Shown here piece by piece: positions 9,605 to 19,501 of a stretch of DNA of 64,000 nucleotides (within the stretch, counting starts at the first letter, position 1; each line of letters opens with the position of its first letter). The notes below the pieces were generated by a model. It made no database searches. It saw only the letters and a list, made by a program, of their open reading frames with translations, and was not told the DNA's origin. A program made the position numbers and the translations under genes. Source of the stretch: a bacterium (GTDB lineage Bacteria > Patescibacteriota > Saccharimonadia > CAILAD01 > JADZBC01). The stretch is taken from NCBI GenBank assembly GCA_020852295.1, contig JADZBC010000009.1, forward strand, positions 286,435 to 350,434. Reading direction: 5' to 3'.

Positions 9605-9853
9605 ATGGCAACTAAAAAACCTGATAATGTCCTTATATACACCACCCCAACATGTGTGTTTTGTAAGGCCGTCAAAGAGTATTTGACTGAGCACAATATT
9701 GAGTACAAAGAAGTTGATGTAGCTGCAGACTCAGCCGCCGCTCAAGAAATGATCGACAAATCTGGTCAGATGGGTGTGCCAGTGACTGTCATCGATGACC
9801 AGATCGTGGTTGGCTTCAACAAGCCAAAGTTTGACCAGATCCTTGCAGCATAA
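9605..9853 (+). CDS. NrdH/glutaredoxin-like small redoxin
   Basis: 82 aa; YTTPTCVFCKAV CxxC glutaredoxin-fold motif; GGAG Shine-Dalgarno. Confidence 0.65.
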   Translation: MATKKPDNVLIYTTPTCVFCKAVKEYLTEHNIEYKEVDVAADSAAAQEMIDKSGQMGVPVTVIDDQIVVGFNKPKFDQILAA

Positions 9854-9930
9854 GCTTGACAAGTATGCTACTAAATCCTATGATGTAGCAAACACAACAC
9901 AACCGTACAACAAAAACTAAATAAGTCTAT

Positions 9931-9975
9931 GCACAAAACTTCCGATATTTCGACGGAAGTTTTGTGCGTTTTGTC
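9931..9975 (+). terminator. strong hairpin terminator after the NrdH-like gene
   Basis: Perfect 14-bp inverted repeat GCACAAAACTTCCG / CGGAAGTTTTGTGC with a 9-nt loop, followed by GTTTTGT. Confidence 0.6.
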
Positions 9976-10075
9976 GATGCACTTATCTCCGTTGGTCTGT
10001 TACACTAAGTACATCGGGTGAGTTTAGGTTGATGGTCTTGCTGGAGGGTGAGGACTCAACTGGTATAATGGCACT

Positions 10076-10597
10076 ATGATTGCCGTTGGCCACACCAGTG
10101 TAGGAGTAGTTACGGCACTGCTTATTAACCAAGCAGTGCCAGCAACTACTCCTTTTTGGTTGCGACTTTGCCTCGTTGCCTTGGTGGCGTTTGTGAGCCA
10201 CTATGTGACGGACTTTATTCCGCATGGGCACTATTCTGCCAAAATTGATCCTCGGCGGTGGTGGACGAATTGGCCATTGATGATCGATCTGGTCAGCGCG
10301 GCGGCGATATTTGTAGGTATTGGCTTTTTACGTTTCGGACTTGATCAGCAATTGATACTGATGATAGTTGGTATAGCTGCTGCACAACTGACAGATGTGT
10401 GGGATTGGTATATCGTTTCGCGCGGTTGGGTGCCACTCCGTGGCGCTGTACTGAAGCATCGCAAATTTCATGAACTCATTCACTGGCACAGCACCACCGA
10501 TGCGCACGGTAAACGTCATGGTTTGCCATTGAGTCCAATCGACATCTGGCAGGTGCTAGCGGCGGCCACTGCGCTTTATCTGGTGCTCACGGTATAA
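10076..10597 (+). CDS. YdjM/DUF457-like membrane-bound putative metal-dependent hydrolase
   Basis: N-terminus [10 protein letters not shown] resembles YdjM family starts; His-rich ([12 protein letters not shown]); 4-5 TM helices. TATAAT at 10064-10069 sits immediately before the ATG, consistent with a leaderless transcript. Confidence 0.45.
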   Translation: MIAVGHTSVGVVTALLINQAVPATTPFWLRLCLVALVAFVSHYVTDFIPHGHYSAKIDPRRWWTNWPLMIDLVSAAAIFVGIGFLRFGLDQQLILMIVGIAAAQLTDVWDWYIVSRGWVPLRGAVLKHRKFHELIHWHSTTDAHGKRHGLPLSPIDIWQVLAAATALYLVLTV

Positions 10598-10604
10598 TAG
10601 GGCT

Positions 10605-12590
10605 ATGAGCTTATTTAACCTCAATGCAAAATACGAGCCGTCGGGTGACCAGCCACAGGCGATTGAGAAGCTGTCAGAAGGTCTCAAGTCGGGCATGCGC
10701 GAGCAGACCCTGCTTGGTGTAACTGGTTCGGGTAAGACTTTTACCATGGCCAATCTTATCCAAAACTATGGTAAGACGACGCTGGTGCTCTCGCACAACA
10801 AGACATTGGCTGCCCAGCTCTACGGTGAGTTTAAAGAGTTTTTTCCTGATAACGCGGTGCATTACTTTGTGAGCTATTTTGATTATTATCAACCAGAAGC
10901 TTACATCCCACGCAGCGATACTTACATAGAGAAAGATAGTGACATCAATGAGGAGATCGATCGCCTGCGTCACGCAGCTACCTCGGCGCTGCTGAGTCGC
11001 AAGGATGTCATCATCGTGGCCTCGGTCAGCTGTATCTACGGTATTGGTAATGTCGATGACTACACCAGCATGACGATTGATTTGGAGGTGGGAGAGTTGC
11101 GGAAGCGCGACAAGCTTTTGCGCCAGCTCAACGATATTCAGTACGAGCGCAAAGACGTGGCATTTGAGCGCGCAACTTTTCGTGTGCGTGGAGATAGTCT
11201 GGACATCTTTCCAGCCGGCGAAGAGACCGCCTATCGCCTAGAGTTTTTTGGCGATACGCTTGAGCGTATTGTGCAGATCGACCCACTCACTGGCGAGATC
11301 AGCCGTGAACTGCAGTCGCTCAAAGTTTTTCCGGCCAAACACTACGTGACGCCACGCGAGCAGCTCGAGCGAGCCATTGCGAACATCAAGCAGGAGAGCG
11401 AAGAGCGGATAGCGTGGTTCAAGGCGCACGACAAATTACTCGAGGCCCAGCGGCTGGAGCAACGCGTCAAGTTTGATACTGAGATCATGGAGCAAACTGG
11501 CTACGTGAAGGGAATTGAGAACTATGCCCGATATCTGACTAACCGTGAGCCCGGCGAGCAGCCAGCCACTTTGATGGACTATTTCCCAGATGACTTTCTT
11601 ATGCTGATTGATGAGTCGCATATGACGGTGCCGCAGGTGCGGGGCATGTACAATGGTGACCGCGCCCGCAAAGAAATCCTGATCGATCATGGCTTTCGAT
11701 TGCCGAGTGCGCTCGACAATCGACCACTGACATTCACCGAGTTTGATCGACATATCAATCAGGTGGTTTACGTTTCTGCCACACCAAGCGAGTACGAGCT
11801 GAGTCACAGTAAGCAGGTGGTCGAGCAGATCATTCGACCGACCGGTTTACTTGATCCAGTTATTGAGGTGCGGCCGGTTGAGCATCAAGTTGATGATGTG
11901 ATAGCCGAGATTCGCGCGCGCAACGCCAAGCATCAGCGTACCCTCGTTACTACGCTGACAAAGAAAATGGCCGAAGACCTGACGGAATATCTGACCGATG
12001 TCGGCATCAAGGTGCAGTACCTGCACTCGGATGTGAATACGCTTGAGCGTAGTGATATCTTGCGCGATTTGCGAGCTGGCATCTACGACGTGGTTGTGGG
12101 CATTAACCTCTTGCGTGAAGGCTTGGATCTGCCGGAGGTTTCGCTCGTGGCGATCATCGATGCTGACAAAGAGGGTTTTCTGCGCTCGGAGTCAGCTCTG
12201 ATCCAGACGATCGGTCGCGCGGCTCGCCACCAAGAAGGCAAAGTGATCATGTATGCTAATACGGTAACCGGCTCGATGCAGCGAGCTATTGATACAACCG
12301 AGCGCCGCCGTGAAATCCAGCAGGAGTACAACACCAAGCATGGCATTACGCCACAGACGGTGCAAAAAGCCATTGCCGAGCGGATGGTTGAGGAGCGGGA
12401 GGCCGAGACGGCTGATGTTCGCGAGATTGATTTTAGTAAAGTGCCAAAAGACGAACTCAGGCAGCTTTCGCGTCAGCTCGATGAGCAGATGAAGCTGGCC
12501 GCTGCCAACCTGCAGTTTGAGAAAGCCGCCGAACTACGGGACCAAATCAGCGAGATAGCCGAGATCGTCCGCGCGAAGCGAATAAAATAA
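10605..12590 (+). CDS. uvrB: excinuclease ABC subunit B
   Basis: GVTGSGKT Walker A, helicase motifs and a C-terminal UVR domain. Confidence 0.95.
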   Translation: MSLFNLNAKYEPSGDQPQAIEKLSEGLKSGMREQTLLGVTGSGKTFTMANLIQNYGKTTLVLSHNKTLAAQLYGEFKEFFPDNAVHYFVSYFDYYQPEAYIPRSDTYIEKDSDINEEIDRLRHAATSALLSRKDVIIVASVSCIYGIGNVDDYTSMTIDLEVGELRKRDKLLRQLNDIQYERKDVAFERATFRVRGDSLDIFPAGEETAYRLEFFGDTLERIVQIDPLTGEISRELQSLKVFPAKHYVTPREQLERAIANIKQESEERIAWFKAHDKLLEAQRLEQRVKFDTEIMEQTGYVKGIENYARYLTNREPGEQPATLMDYFPDDFLMLIDESHMTVPQVRGMYNGDRARKEILIDHGFRLPSALDNRPLTFTEFDRHINQVVYVSATPSEYELSHSKQVVEQIIRPTGLLDPVIEVRPVEHQVDDVIAEIRARNAKHQRTLVTTLTKKMAEDLTEYLTDVGIKVQYLHSDVNTLERSDILRDLRAGIYDVVVGINLLREGLDLPEVSLVAIIDADKEGFLRSESALIQTIGRAARHQEGKVIMYANTVTGSMQRAIDTTERRREIQQEYNTKHGITPQTVQKAIAERMVEEREAETADVREIDFSKVPKDELRQLSRQLDEQMKLAAANLQFEKAAELRDQISEIAEIVRAKRIK

Positions 12591-12626
12591 TCGCGAAACA
12601 TAGCCATTTTGGTGTAAGATATTGAC

Positions 12627-13949
12627 ATGACAGACGATCAAGCAAAACGCGCAAGTGATCAGTCAAGCCCTGAGGTGAATCAGGGGGCGGCAGACCCGAC
12701 TTTAGTAGAGCACGCTGATGATATTGCGAAAATAGCGGCCGAAGCATTCGATAAGCCATCCGGTAATGCGGGTCCATCTCCGGAAATTGCACGTGATGAA
12801 CAGTTGGCCGCACGTGATCGTCGAGCGGGTGAGACGAGCGATGCTGGACCTGCTGCGGACACAGATCCTACAGCGCGACCAAATCACTTCGAAGGGTTTG
12901 ATGCGGGTAGAATATTGACCCAGGGAATTGCGGAAGAAAGTGGGCTGGCGAGGCCTGGTGAGGTAGTAGCTGCAGCAAGTGGCGGCAGTGCTAGTGCTGA
13001 GCACCACCGACCACGCGCTGAGGCTGGCCATCCTAGCCCGACCGGCCCAGAGCAACGTGGCACAGATCTGGCGACACCATCAGCCGTCGTAAAAGAAACG
13101 GGCTCAGACGAAGTAGTGCGCTCACCGATTGACGATAATCCGGAAAAAGCGGTACAGCCAGAAGCTCAAGTTGTAGCTGCTGCAGAAACACCACAGGAGC
13201 CAGAGCAAGATACTGCCTCCCCGGAAGACAGAAGATACAAGGAAGATATTGAACGTGGCGCGAAGGATCTGGAGCGCTCATTGACCGATATGATCAAGCG
13301 AGCTGAGGAATATCGCGAACAGCTTATTCAGTCGGCACACGATGCACGTACGCTTGTCCTTTCAGCGCTTGGACGTTTCGAAGGTATGAATGGCGCAAAC
13401 GAGGAACTACGCGAGAGAATAGAAGTGATTCGTCAAGATGTTGCGGAAACAGAGTCGGTATTGAACGGCGCAAAGGCTGCCTACGAACAGCAGTTAGCTG
13501 GCACGAAAAAATATGTCGCCGAAAACATTTCTAGAGAAAAGATCATCGAAGCAATCGCAGCTGACGATTCATACGCGAGCGGCCGGGTCTTGAGCGAAAC
13601 AGCGCGTACGGCTGGCGACATTAGCGAAGATTATTACCGGTCTAGTCAAAAAATTATTGATGAAATCGGTTTGTTGAGCAATGCATTTGAAACTCGAGCT
13701 CGCTCGATAGAGGATGAGGACATCAAGCGAGCTTCATACATTGTTTTGGAGTCACTAGACCAACAGCGCTTGATGACCTCTCGTCTGAGAAATGCTTTGT
13801 CTGATGTCCTGGCTGGAGAAGCACTACAGATACGTAAAGAAGCAACAAATCTGGCAGAGCTTGCTGAAAGAAAGCCCCAGAGGGATGAAAATCGAACGGT
13901 CTCTAGCTCGTCACGGTCGGTCGACGATGCGCCAGTCGACACCCTTTAG
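12627..13949 (+). CDS. hypothetical acidic protein: disordered N-terminal half, helical C-terminal half
   Basis: 440 aa with no TM helix; N-terminal ~200 aa are rich in Asp/Glu/Pro/Ala; located between uvrB and uvrA. Confidence 0.5.
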   Translation: MTDDQAKRASDQSSPEVNQGAADPTLVEHADDIAKIAAEAFDKPSGNAGPSPEIARDEQLAARDRRAGETSDAGPAADTDPTARPNHFEGFDAGRILTQGIAEESGLARPGEVVAAASGGSASAEHHRPRAEAGHPSPTGPEQRGTDLATPSAVVKETGSDEVVRSPIDDNPEKAVQPEAQVVAAAETPQEPEQDTASPEDRRYKEDIERGAKDLERSLTDMIKRAEEYREQLIQSAHDARTLVLSALGRFEGMNGANEELRERIEVIRQDVAETESVLNGAKAAYEQQLAGTKKYVAENISREKIIEAIAADDSYASGRVLSETARTAGDISEDYYRSSQKIIDEIGLLSNAFETRARSIEDEDIKRASYIVLESLDQQRLMTSRLRNALSDVLAGEALQIRKEATNLAELAERKPQRDENRTVSSSSRSVDDAPVDTL

Positions 13950-14016
13950 GCTTGTTCTGAGTGCATTTTTTTGATACACTAGTCCGCAGTTTTTAATCTC
14001 GGAAAAGAGGTGGAAA

Positions 14017-16830
14017 TTGCACGACAAGATCGTTATCAAAGGCGCTCGTGAGCATAATTTGAAGAATATAGACCTGGAGATACCACGGGATAAACTGGTG
14101 GTCATCACAGGTCTTTCTGGTTCTGGGAAGAGCTCGCTGGCATTTGATACCATCTATGCCGAGGGTCAACGCCGCTATGTCGAGAGCCTGAGTGCCTATG
14201 CGCGACAGTTTCTTGGTCTGATGGAGAAGCCGGATGTTGATCAGATCGATGGACTCAGTCCAGCCATCTCAATCGACCAAAAGTCATCGAGCCGCAATCC
14301 GCGCAGTACTGTCGCCACAGTGACGGAAATATATGACTACCTTCGTTTGCTGTATGCCCGCATTGGTATACCACATGATCCGAAGACCGGTGAGGTGATG
14401 ACACGCCAAACCCCAGCTCAGATCGTCGACGCGGTGCGCGCACTGCCGAAAGGTGTACGGCTCGTCATACTGGCGCCGATTGTGCATGACAAAAAGGGTG
14501 AACATCGTCATATCCTCGACGAGATCCAAAAGGCTGGCTATTCACGCGTTCGGGTTGATGGCACGATCATGCCGATTGATGAAGTGCCTGAACTTGATCG
14601 GCAGAAAAAGCACACCATTGAGGTGGCAGTCGATCGACTGGCGCTCGATGAAGAGATCGGTCAGCGCTTGGTCGAGTCAGTCGAAGCAGCCCTGCATCTC
14701 GGCGAGGGCATCATAAAGGTGCTCGAAGTTGATACTGATAAAGAACACGTTTTTTCAGAACATTTCACTTCCGACTCCGGCTACTCACTAACCGAGATTG
14801 AGCCACGAATCTTTTCATTTAACTCACCGCACGGTGCCTGTCCGACCTGTACTGGTCTGGGTAGCTTACTGGTGGTTGATCCTGAGTTGGTGATTCCCAA
14901 TAAACGCCTGAGCGTCACCGAAGGAGCTATTCGGCCATGGTCACGCACGACCAGCCGCATGACATGGTATGGCAAGCTCCTCGATGCCGTTGCCGACGAG
15001 TTTAAGTTCAATCTCAATGTTCCGGTTGAAGAATTGAGCAAGGAAAGCTTGCAGATACTTTTCTATGGTGCGGGTGACCGTACAATTGGGGTGCGTGGAC
15101 CAGGCGGCCGCACATACAAAACAACTTTTGAGGGTATCATTCCAAATCTGGAGCGACGTTACCGTGAAAGCGATAGTGATTTCGTCAAAGGCGAGATCGA
15201 GAAGTACATGACCAACAAGGTCTGCCCGACTTGCGAGGGTCGTCGTCTCAAGCCGGAGGTTCTAGCTATCACGGTGGCTGACAAATCAATCGCCGATATT
15301 ACCCAAATGTCGGTCGAGCAATCTTTGGACTACTTCAATAGCCTCAAGCTCAATGAACAAGAGCAGAAGATTGCCAAGCAGATCATGAAAGAGATTTGTT
15401 CACGCCTGAGTTTTCTTAATGATGTTGGCTTGAATTATCTGACGCTCGATCGCTCAGCCAATACACTTGCCGGTGGTGAGGCGCAGCGAATCCGCTTGGC
15501 GACGCAGATTGGCTCAAGCTTGATGGGTGTGCTCTACATCCTCGATGAGCCATCGATTGGTTTACATCAGCGCGACAACGATCGATTGATTGAGACGCTC
15601 AAGCATCTGCGCAATCTCGGTAATACGGTGATTGTCGTTGAGCACGACGAAGACACCATTCGCGAAAGTGATTTTGTGGTTGATATCGGCCCGCTGGCTG
15701 GTGAACACGGCGGAGAGGTGGTAGCAGTTGGTACCCCAGATCAAGTGGCGAAGAACAAAGCTTCGCTTACAGGCCAGTATCTATCGGGCGCTAAGAAGAT
15801 CGAAGTGCCGAAGTCGCGGCGTAAGGGTAGTGGTAAGTCGCTACGAATCGTAGGAGCGACCGAGCACAACCTAAAAAACGTTTCCGTCGATATTCCACTT
15901 GGTCTGATGGCGGTTGTGACAGGAGTGTCTGGCTCCGGTAAGAGTTCGCTTATTAACGACATTCTTGCCAAGCAGCTCAGTCAGCAATACCACCGAGCGC
16001 AAGAGCCAGCCGGCAAGCACGAGCGAATCGAGGGGATGGAAAATCTTGATAAGGTGATTGATATTGATCAGAGTCCGATCGGCCGTACGCCTCGCAGTAA
16101 CCCGGCTACGTACACGGGCGCATTTACGGATATTCGCGACTTATTTGCGAGTGTGCCTGAAGCGAAGATTCGTGGCTATTCGGCTGGGCGATTTAGCTTT
16201 AACGTCAAAGGTGGTCGCTGTGAGACCTGTCGTGGTGATGGGATTATTAAGATCGAGATGCACTTCTTGCCCGATGTCTATGTGACGTGTGAAGTCTGTC
16301 ACGGTAAGCGCTACAACCGTGAAGCGCTCGAGATTCAATACAAAGAGAAAACGATTGCAGATGTACTGGAAATGACCGTCGAGCAAGCCTGCGAATTCTT
16401 TAGCAATATCCCTACTATTAGCCGAAAGCTGGAGACCCTTAACAGTGTTGGTTTAGGCTATATCAAACTAGGTCAGCCGGCAACGACTCTCTCGGGCGGT
16501 GAAGCACAACGTATTAAGCTCGCGACCGAGCTTAGTCGACGAGCCACTGGTCGTACGCTGTATATTCTCGACGAACCAACGACCGGCTTGCATTTTGAAG
16601 ATGTGCGAAAGCTACTCGAAGTCTTGAACGCACTGGTTACGATGGGTAACTCAATCTTAATTATTGAGCACAACCTCGACGTCATTAAGTGTGCCGACTG
16701 GTTGATTGATCTTGGACCTGAGGGCGGTAGTGGTGGCGGAACAATTGTTGCTGAGGGTACTCCCGAGGCAGTCGCCAAAGTCGCGGCCAGCCACACCGGC
16801 AAATATCTCAAACGATTACTCAAATCCTAA
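14017..16830 (+). CDS. uvrA: excinuclease ABC subunit A
   Basis: TTG start with an AAGAGGTGG Shine-Dalgarno; two ABC ATPase modules ([18 protein letters not shown]) and zinc-finger Cys clusters. Confidence 0.95.
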   Translation: MHDKIVIKGAREHNLKNIDLEIPRDKLVVITGLSGSGKSSLAFDTIYAEGQRRYVESLSAYARQFLGLMEKPDVDQIDGLSPAISIDQKSSSRNPRSTVATVTEIYDYLRLLYARIGIPHDPKTGEVMTRQTPAQIVDAVRALPKGVRLVILAPIVHDKKGEHRHILDEIQKAGYSRVRVDGTIMPIDEVPELDRQKKHTIEVAVDRLALDEEIGQRLVESVEAALHLGEGIIKVLEVDTDKEHVFSEHFTSDSGYSLTEIEPRIFSFNSPHGACPTCTGLGSLLVVDPELVIPNKRLSVTEGAIRPWSRTTSRMTWYGKLLDAVADEFKFNLNVPVEELSKESLQILFYGAGDRTIGVRGPGGRTYKTTFEGIIPNLERRYRESDSDFVKGEIEKYMTNKVCPTCEGRRLKPEVLAITVADKSIADITQMSVEQSLDYFNSLKLNEQEQKIAKQIMKEICSRLSFLNDVGLNYLTLDRSANTLAGGEAQRIRLATQIGSSLMGVLYILDEPSIGLHQRDNDRLIETLKHLRNLGNTVIVVEHDEDTIRESDFVVDIGPLAGEHGGEVVAVGTPDQVAKNKASLTGQYLSGAKKIEVPKSRRKGSGKSLRIVGATEHNLKNVSVDIPLGLMAVVTGVSGSGKSSLINDILAKQLSQQYHRAQEPAGKHERIEGMENLDKVIDIDQSPIGRTPRSNPATYTGAFTDIRDLFASVPEAKIRGYSAGRFSFNVKGGRCETCRGDGIIKIEMHFLPDVYVTCEVCHGKRYNREALEIQYKEKTIADVLEMTVEQACEFFSNIPTISRKLETLNSVGLGYIKLGQPATTLSGGEAQRIKLATELSRRATGRTLYILDEPTTGLHFEDVRKLLEVLNALVTMGNSILIIEHNLDVIKCADWLIDLGPEGGSGGGTIVAEGTPEAVAKVAASHTGKYLKRLLKS

Positions 16831-16907
16831 TAAAGGGAAAACCCGCGAAGTTGCCGAGTACGATACGGCGTCTTCACGGGTTTGCCCAATCGCTGGGGAA
16901 GTGGGGC

Positions 16908-17240
16908 TCAGGCAGCACGGCTTCCTTTCTTGGCCAATTGGCCTGTCGGGTGGCGGCTGCGAGAACCTGCCTCATCCGGGGTGGGATCCGTCTGCTCGAT
17001 GGCATCGAGCAGTTCGAACAGGTCATCGGCGGTCAGCCCGTAGCGCTCACGGAGCTGGGCAGACAGTTGCGCTGCCTTGCGTCGCACATCGGCCTGCTGC
17101 TCTTCGCTGAGCGTGGGGTCGGTGATTGCGCTGGTGGCATCGATCCAGTCGAGCACCTCGTCGGTTGCTCGAGTCAGCAGCGGCTGGAACATACGCCTGA
17201 CCTTCGGTCGGATGGCATCCCGGTCCAGTGGTTGTGCCAT
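16908..17240 (-). CDS. hypothetical small protein (110 aa) encoded in a ~64% GC islet
   Basis: Perfect Shine-Dalgarno AAAGGAGGTGAC 5 nt before the ATG; high GC3 codon usage unlike flanking genes; lies between uvrA and uvrC on the opposite strand. The ORF-track N-extension would read through the Shine-Dalgarno and is rejected. Confidence 0.55.
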   Translation of the reverse strand: MAQPLDRDAIRPKVRRMFQPLLTRATDEVLDWIDATSAITDPTLSEEQQADVRRKAAQLSAQLRERYGLTADDLFELLDAIEQTDPTPDEAGSRSRHPTGQLAKKGSRAA

Positions 17241-17347
17241 GTCACCTCCTTTCATTGTTCGGGTGCATAGCACGGGATTGGACAGCCGCATTGTACAATC
17301 AAAAACCGAAAATAGCAATGGATAATATCACACTCTATAATGTAGGC

Positions 17348-18754
17348 ATGAATACCGCCCTAAAACACAAGCTCACTCAACTGCCGCAGTCGCCAGGAGT
17401 GTATTTTTACAAAGACGACAAAGGCAAGATTATCTACGTCGGCAAAGCCTCAATTTTAAAACGGCGCGTGAGTTCGTATTTCCAAAATACCAAGCGACAC
17501 GATCGCAAGACGTCGGTATTGGTGACCAAGATTCATGCTCTGGATTGGATCGAAACAGCCTCTGAGCTCGATGCCCTTTTTCTTGAATCGGAGATGATCA
17601 AGCGGTACAAGCCGGCATTTAATGTGCTCGAGAAAGATGACAAGAACAATATATATATCAAGATCACAGTCCATGATGACTATCCAGTGGTAAGTTATGT
17701 TCGTCGACCGAGCGATGATCGTGCGCGTTACTTCGGTCCGTTCTTGCACAGTTGGAATGTAAAATCGGCCATGAAGTATCTGCGTAAAATATTTCCCTAT
17801 ATCACCGATCGACGTTGGCCAAATGTCAGTCCGTTGCAGTATCAAATCGGTGTCATGCCGCACCCGGATACACCAAAGGAAGATTATCGGGCTCAGATTT
17901 TTCAGTTGATCATGGTGCTTGAGGGTAGGAGCCAGAAATTGGTGCGCGAGATTGAACGTGCTATGAAGCGAGCCGCGCGCGAAAAGCGCTTTGAGGAAGC
18001 TGCTCAGCTTCGCAACCAATACCTCGCCCTGCGTAGTCTTGAACAAAAGATGATTTTTGGTAAAGAAGAATCGCATGATCTGACGCTCGACCAGGCCCTG
18101 AGTGGACTGAGCGAAGTGCTCGGGCTGAAGGGCGAACCGCGTCGTATCGAGGCGTACGACATCAGCAACTTTGCTGGCGGTGACGCTGTCTCGAGTATGA
18201 TTGTCTTTACCGACGGCCTTCCCAACCAGGCAGAGTACCGCAAGTTTAAGATGCGCACAAAGGGCCCCAATGACTTCGCCATGATGCGCGAGACGCTGAT
18301 GCGTCGCTTTTCTGGCCGCAATGATTGGCCAAGGCCAGATGTTATTTTGATCGACGGCGGCAAGGGCCAGCTGTCGGCTGCCCTCGAGGCCATGACCGAG
18401 CTCGGCATTGCGATACCGATGTTTGGTCTGGCTAAGCGCCTGGAGGAGATTGTCACCCGTGATGAGTCGGGTGAATTTGTGGTTCGTGAGCTCGGTCTTG
18501 ATTCGCAGATTGTCCAGCTTTTACAGCGGGTCCGCGATGAAGCGCATCGCTTTGCGGTGAGTTACCACACGACCTTGCGCGACAAGCGTACCAAAGCCTC
18601 GGCGCTTGATACCATACCAGGGGTTGGTCCTGTGACCCGGCGCAAGCTGATTCGTTCTTTTGGCAGTGTGGCTGGTGTCAGGGCTGCAACCGCGTCTGAG
18701 TTGAGAAAAGTTGTTGGTGTGAAAGCGCGGGTCATAAAGGAGCATTTACGATGA
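17348..18754 (+). CDS. uvrC: excinuclease ABC subunit C
   Basis: GIY-YIG N-terminus (GVYFYKD...IIYVGKA), UvrBC-interaction and RNase H-like/HhH C-terminus; start moved to MNTALKH because the upstream ORF-track extension overlaps the islet. Confidence 0.9.
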   Translation: MNTALKHKLTQLPQSPGVYFYKDDKGKIIYVGKASILKRRVSSYFQNTKRHDRKTSVLVTKIHALDWIETASELDALFLESEMIKRYKPAFNVLEKDDKNNIYIKITVHDDYPVVSYVRRPSDDRARYFGPFLHSWNVKSAMKYLRKIFPYITDRRWPNVSPLQYQIGVMPHPDTPKEDYRAQIFQLIMVLEGRSQKLVREIERAMKRAAREKRFEEAAQLRNQYLALRSLEQKMIFGKEESHDLTLDQALSGLSEVLGLKGEPRRIEAYDISNFAGGDAVSSMIVFTDGLPNQAEYRKFKMRTKGPNDFAMMRETLMRRFSGRNDWPRPDVILIDGGKGQLSAALEAMTELGIAIPMFGLAKRLEEIVTRDESGEFVVRELGLDSQIVQLLQRVRDEAHRFAVSYHTTLRDKRTKASALDTIPGVGPVTRRKLIRSFGSVAGVRAATASELRKVVGVKARVIKEHLR

Positions 18755-18888
18755 GCCACAAAAAACTACAACGAGCGGTGCAACGCGCTCAGTCGCGCGA
18801 CAAAAAGCGCCAAACGAAGATGAAAGTATCGGGCAAAAGTGTCTTTACGCTGGCGAAACTAAAATCGCGCCCACCAGGTAAATCTTAA
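18751..18888 (+). CDS. hypothetical small basic protein (45 aa), translationally coupled to uvrC
   Basis: ATGA start/stop overlap with uvrC; Lys/Arg-rich sequence MSHKKLQRAVQRAQSRDKKRQTKMKV...; not in the ORF track. Confidence 0.3.
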   Translation: MSHKKLQRAVQRAQSRDKKRQTKMKVSGKSVFTLAKLKSRPPGKS

Positions 18889-18920
18889 AAAATACCTCGA
18901 AATATGCTAGAATTGGGGGC

Positions 18921-19283
18921 ATGTTAAAGCGGTTCTTATTTTCGTGGCTCGTCAATTTTCTCGGCCTCTGGGTGGCATCTGAGCTTTTTTCGAGCATCCA
19001 GTATGGGGGTAAGTTGCGATTTCTGATTATTGCCAGTGCAATCTTCGGCATCGTCAACGCATTAGTCCGTCCTATTGTGGTGATCTTGTCGCTCCCGGCG
19101 ATTGTTCTCACATTTGGCTTATTCACACTGGTCGTCAATACCCTGATGCTCTACGTTACCAGCTTCTTTTATCCAACCCTCCAGATTAATTCACGTTGGA
19201 GCGCATTTGGAGCGGTAATTATTGTCTGGCTGGTTAACTATTTGATGACAGATCTCATCGTAGAGCGGAAGGAGCGAGCATGA
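18921..19283 (+). CDS. DUF360 / phage-holin-family-IV-like small membrane protein
   Basis: 120 aa with 3-4 TM helices; the LGLWVASELF...GIVNALVRPIV pattern resembles PF04020. Confidence 0.45.
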   Translation: MLKRFLFSWLVNFLGLWVASELFSSIQYGGKLRFLIIASAIFGIVNALVRPIVVILSLPAIVLTFGLFTLVVNTLMLYVTSFFYPTLQINSRWSAFGAVIIVWLVNYLMTDLIVERKERA

Positions 19284-19501
19284 AAAATTTTCTACAGGCA
19301 CTGACCTTAGTATCGGCAATCTTATTGGTGGTCTCAGTTTTACTACAAAGCCAAGGATCGGGCTTGGGCGCGGGCTTTGGTGGTGATAGCAATTTCTATC
19401 GCAGTAAGCGCGGCATTGAGAAATTCTTGTTTTTCGGCACGATTGTCTTGGCAGTCATTTTCTTTGGGAGCCTGTTAGCCGGTCTTATTATTCAGAAATA
19501 A
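19280..19501 (+). CDS. secG: preprotein translocase subunit SecG
   Basis: 73 aa with two TM helices and the LLQSQGSGLGAGFGG Gly-rich loop typical of SecG. Confidence 0.7.
   Translation: MKNFLQALTLVSAILLVVSVLLQSQGSGLGAGFGGDSNFYRSKRGIEKFLFFGTIVLAVIFFGSLLAGLIIQK

Noticed and set aside
16706-17325. Several plus-strand ORFs (134, 139 and 82 aa) across the uvrA-uvrC GC-rich islet
   Set aside because: They have the same GC-driven open-frame artefact and no ribosome-binding site. The minus-strand gene has a perfect Shine-Dalgarno.
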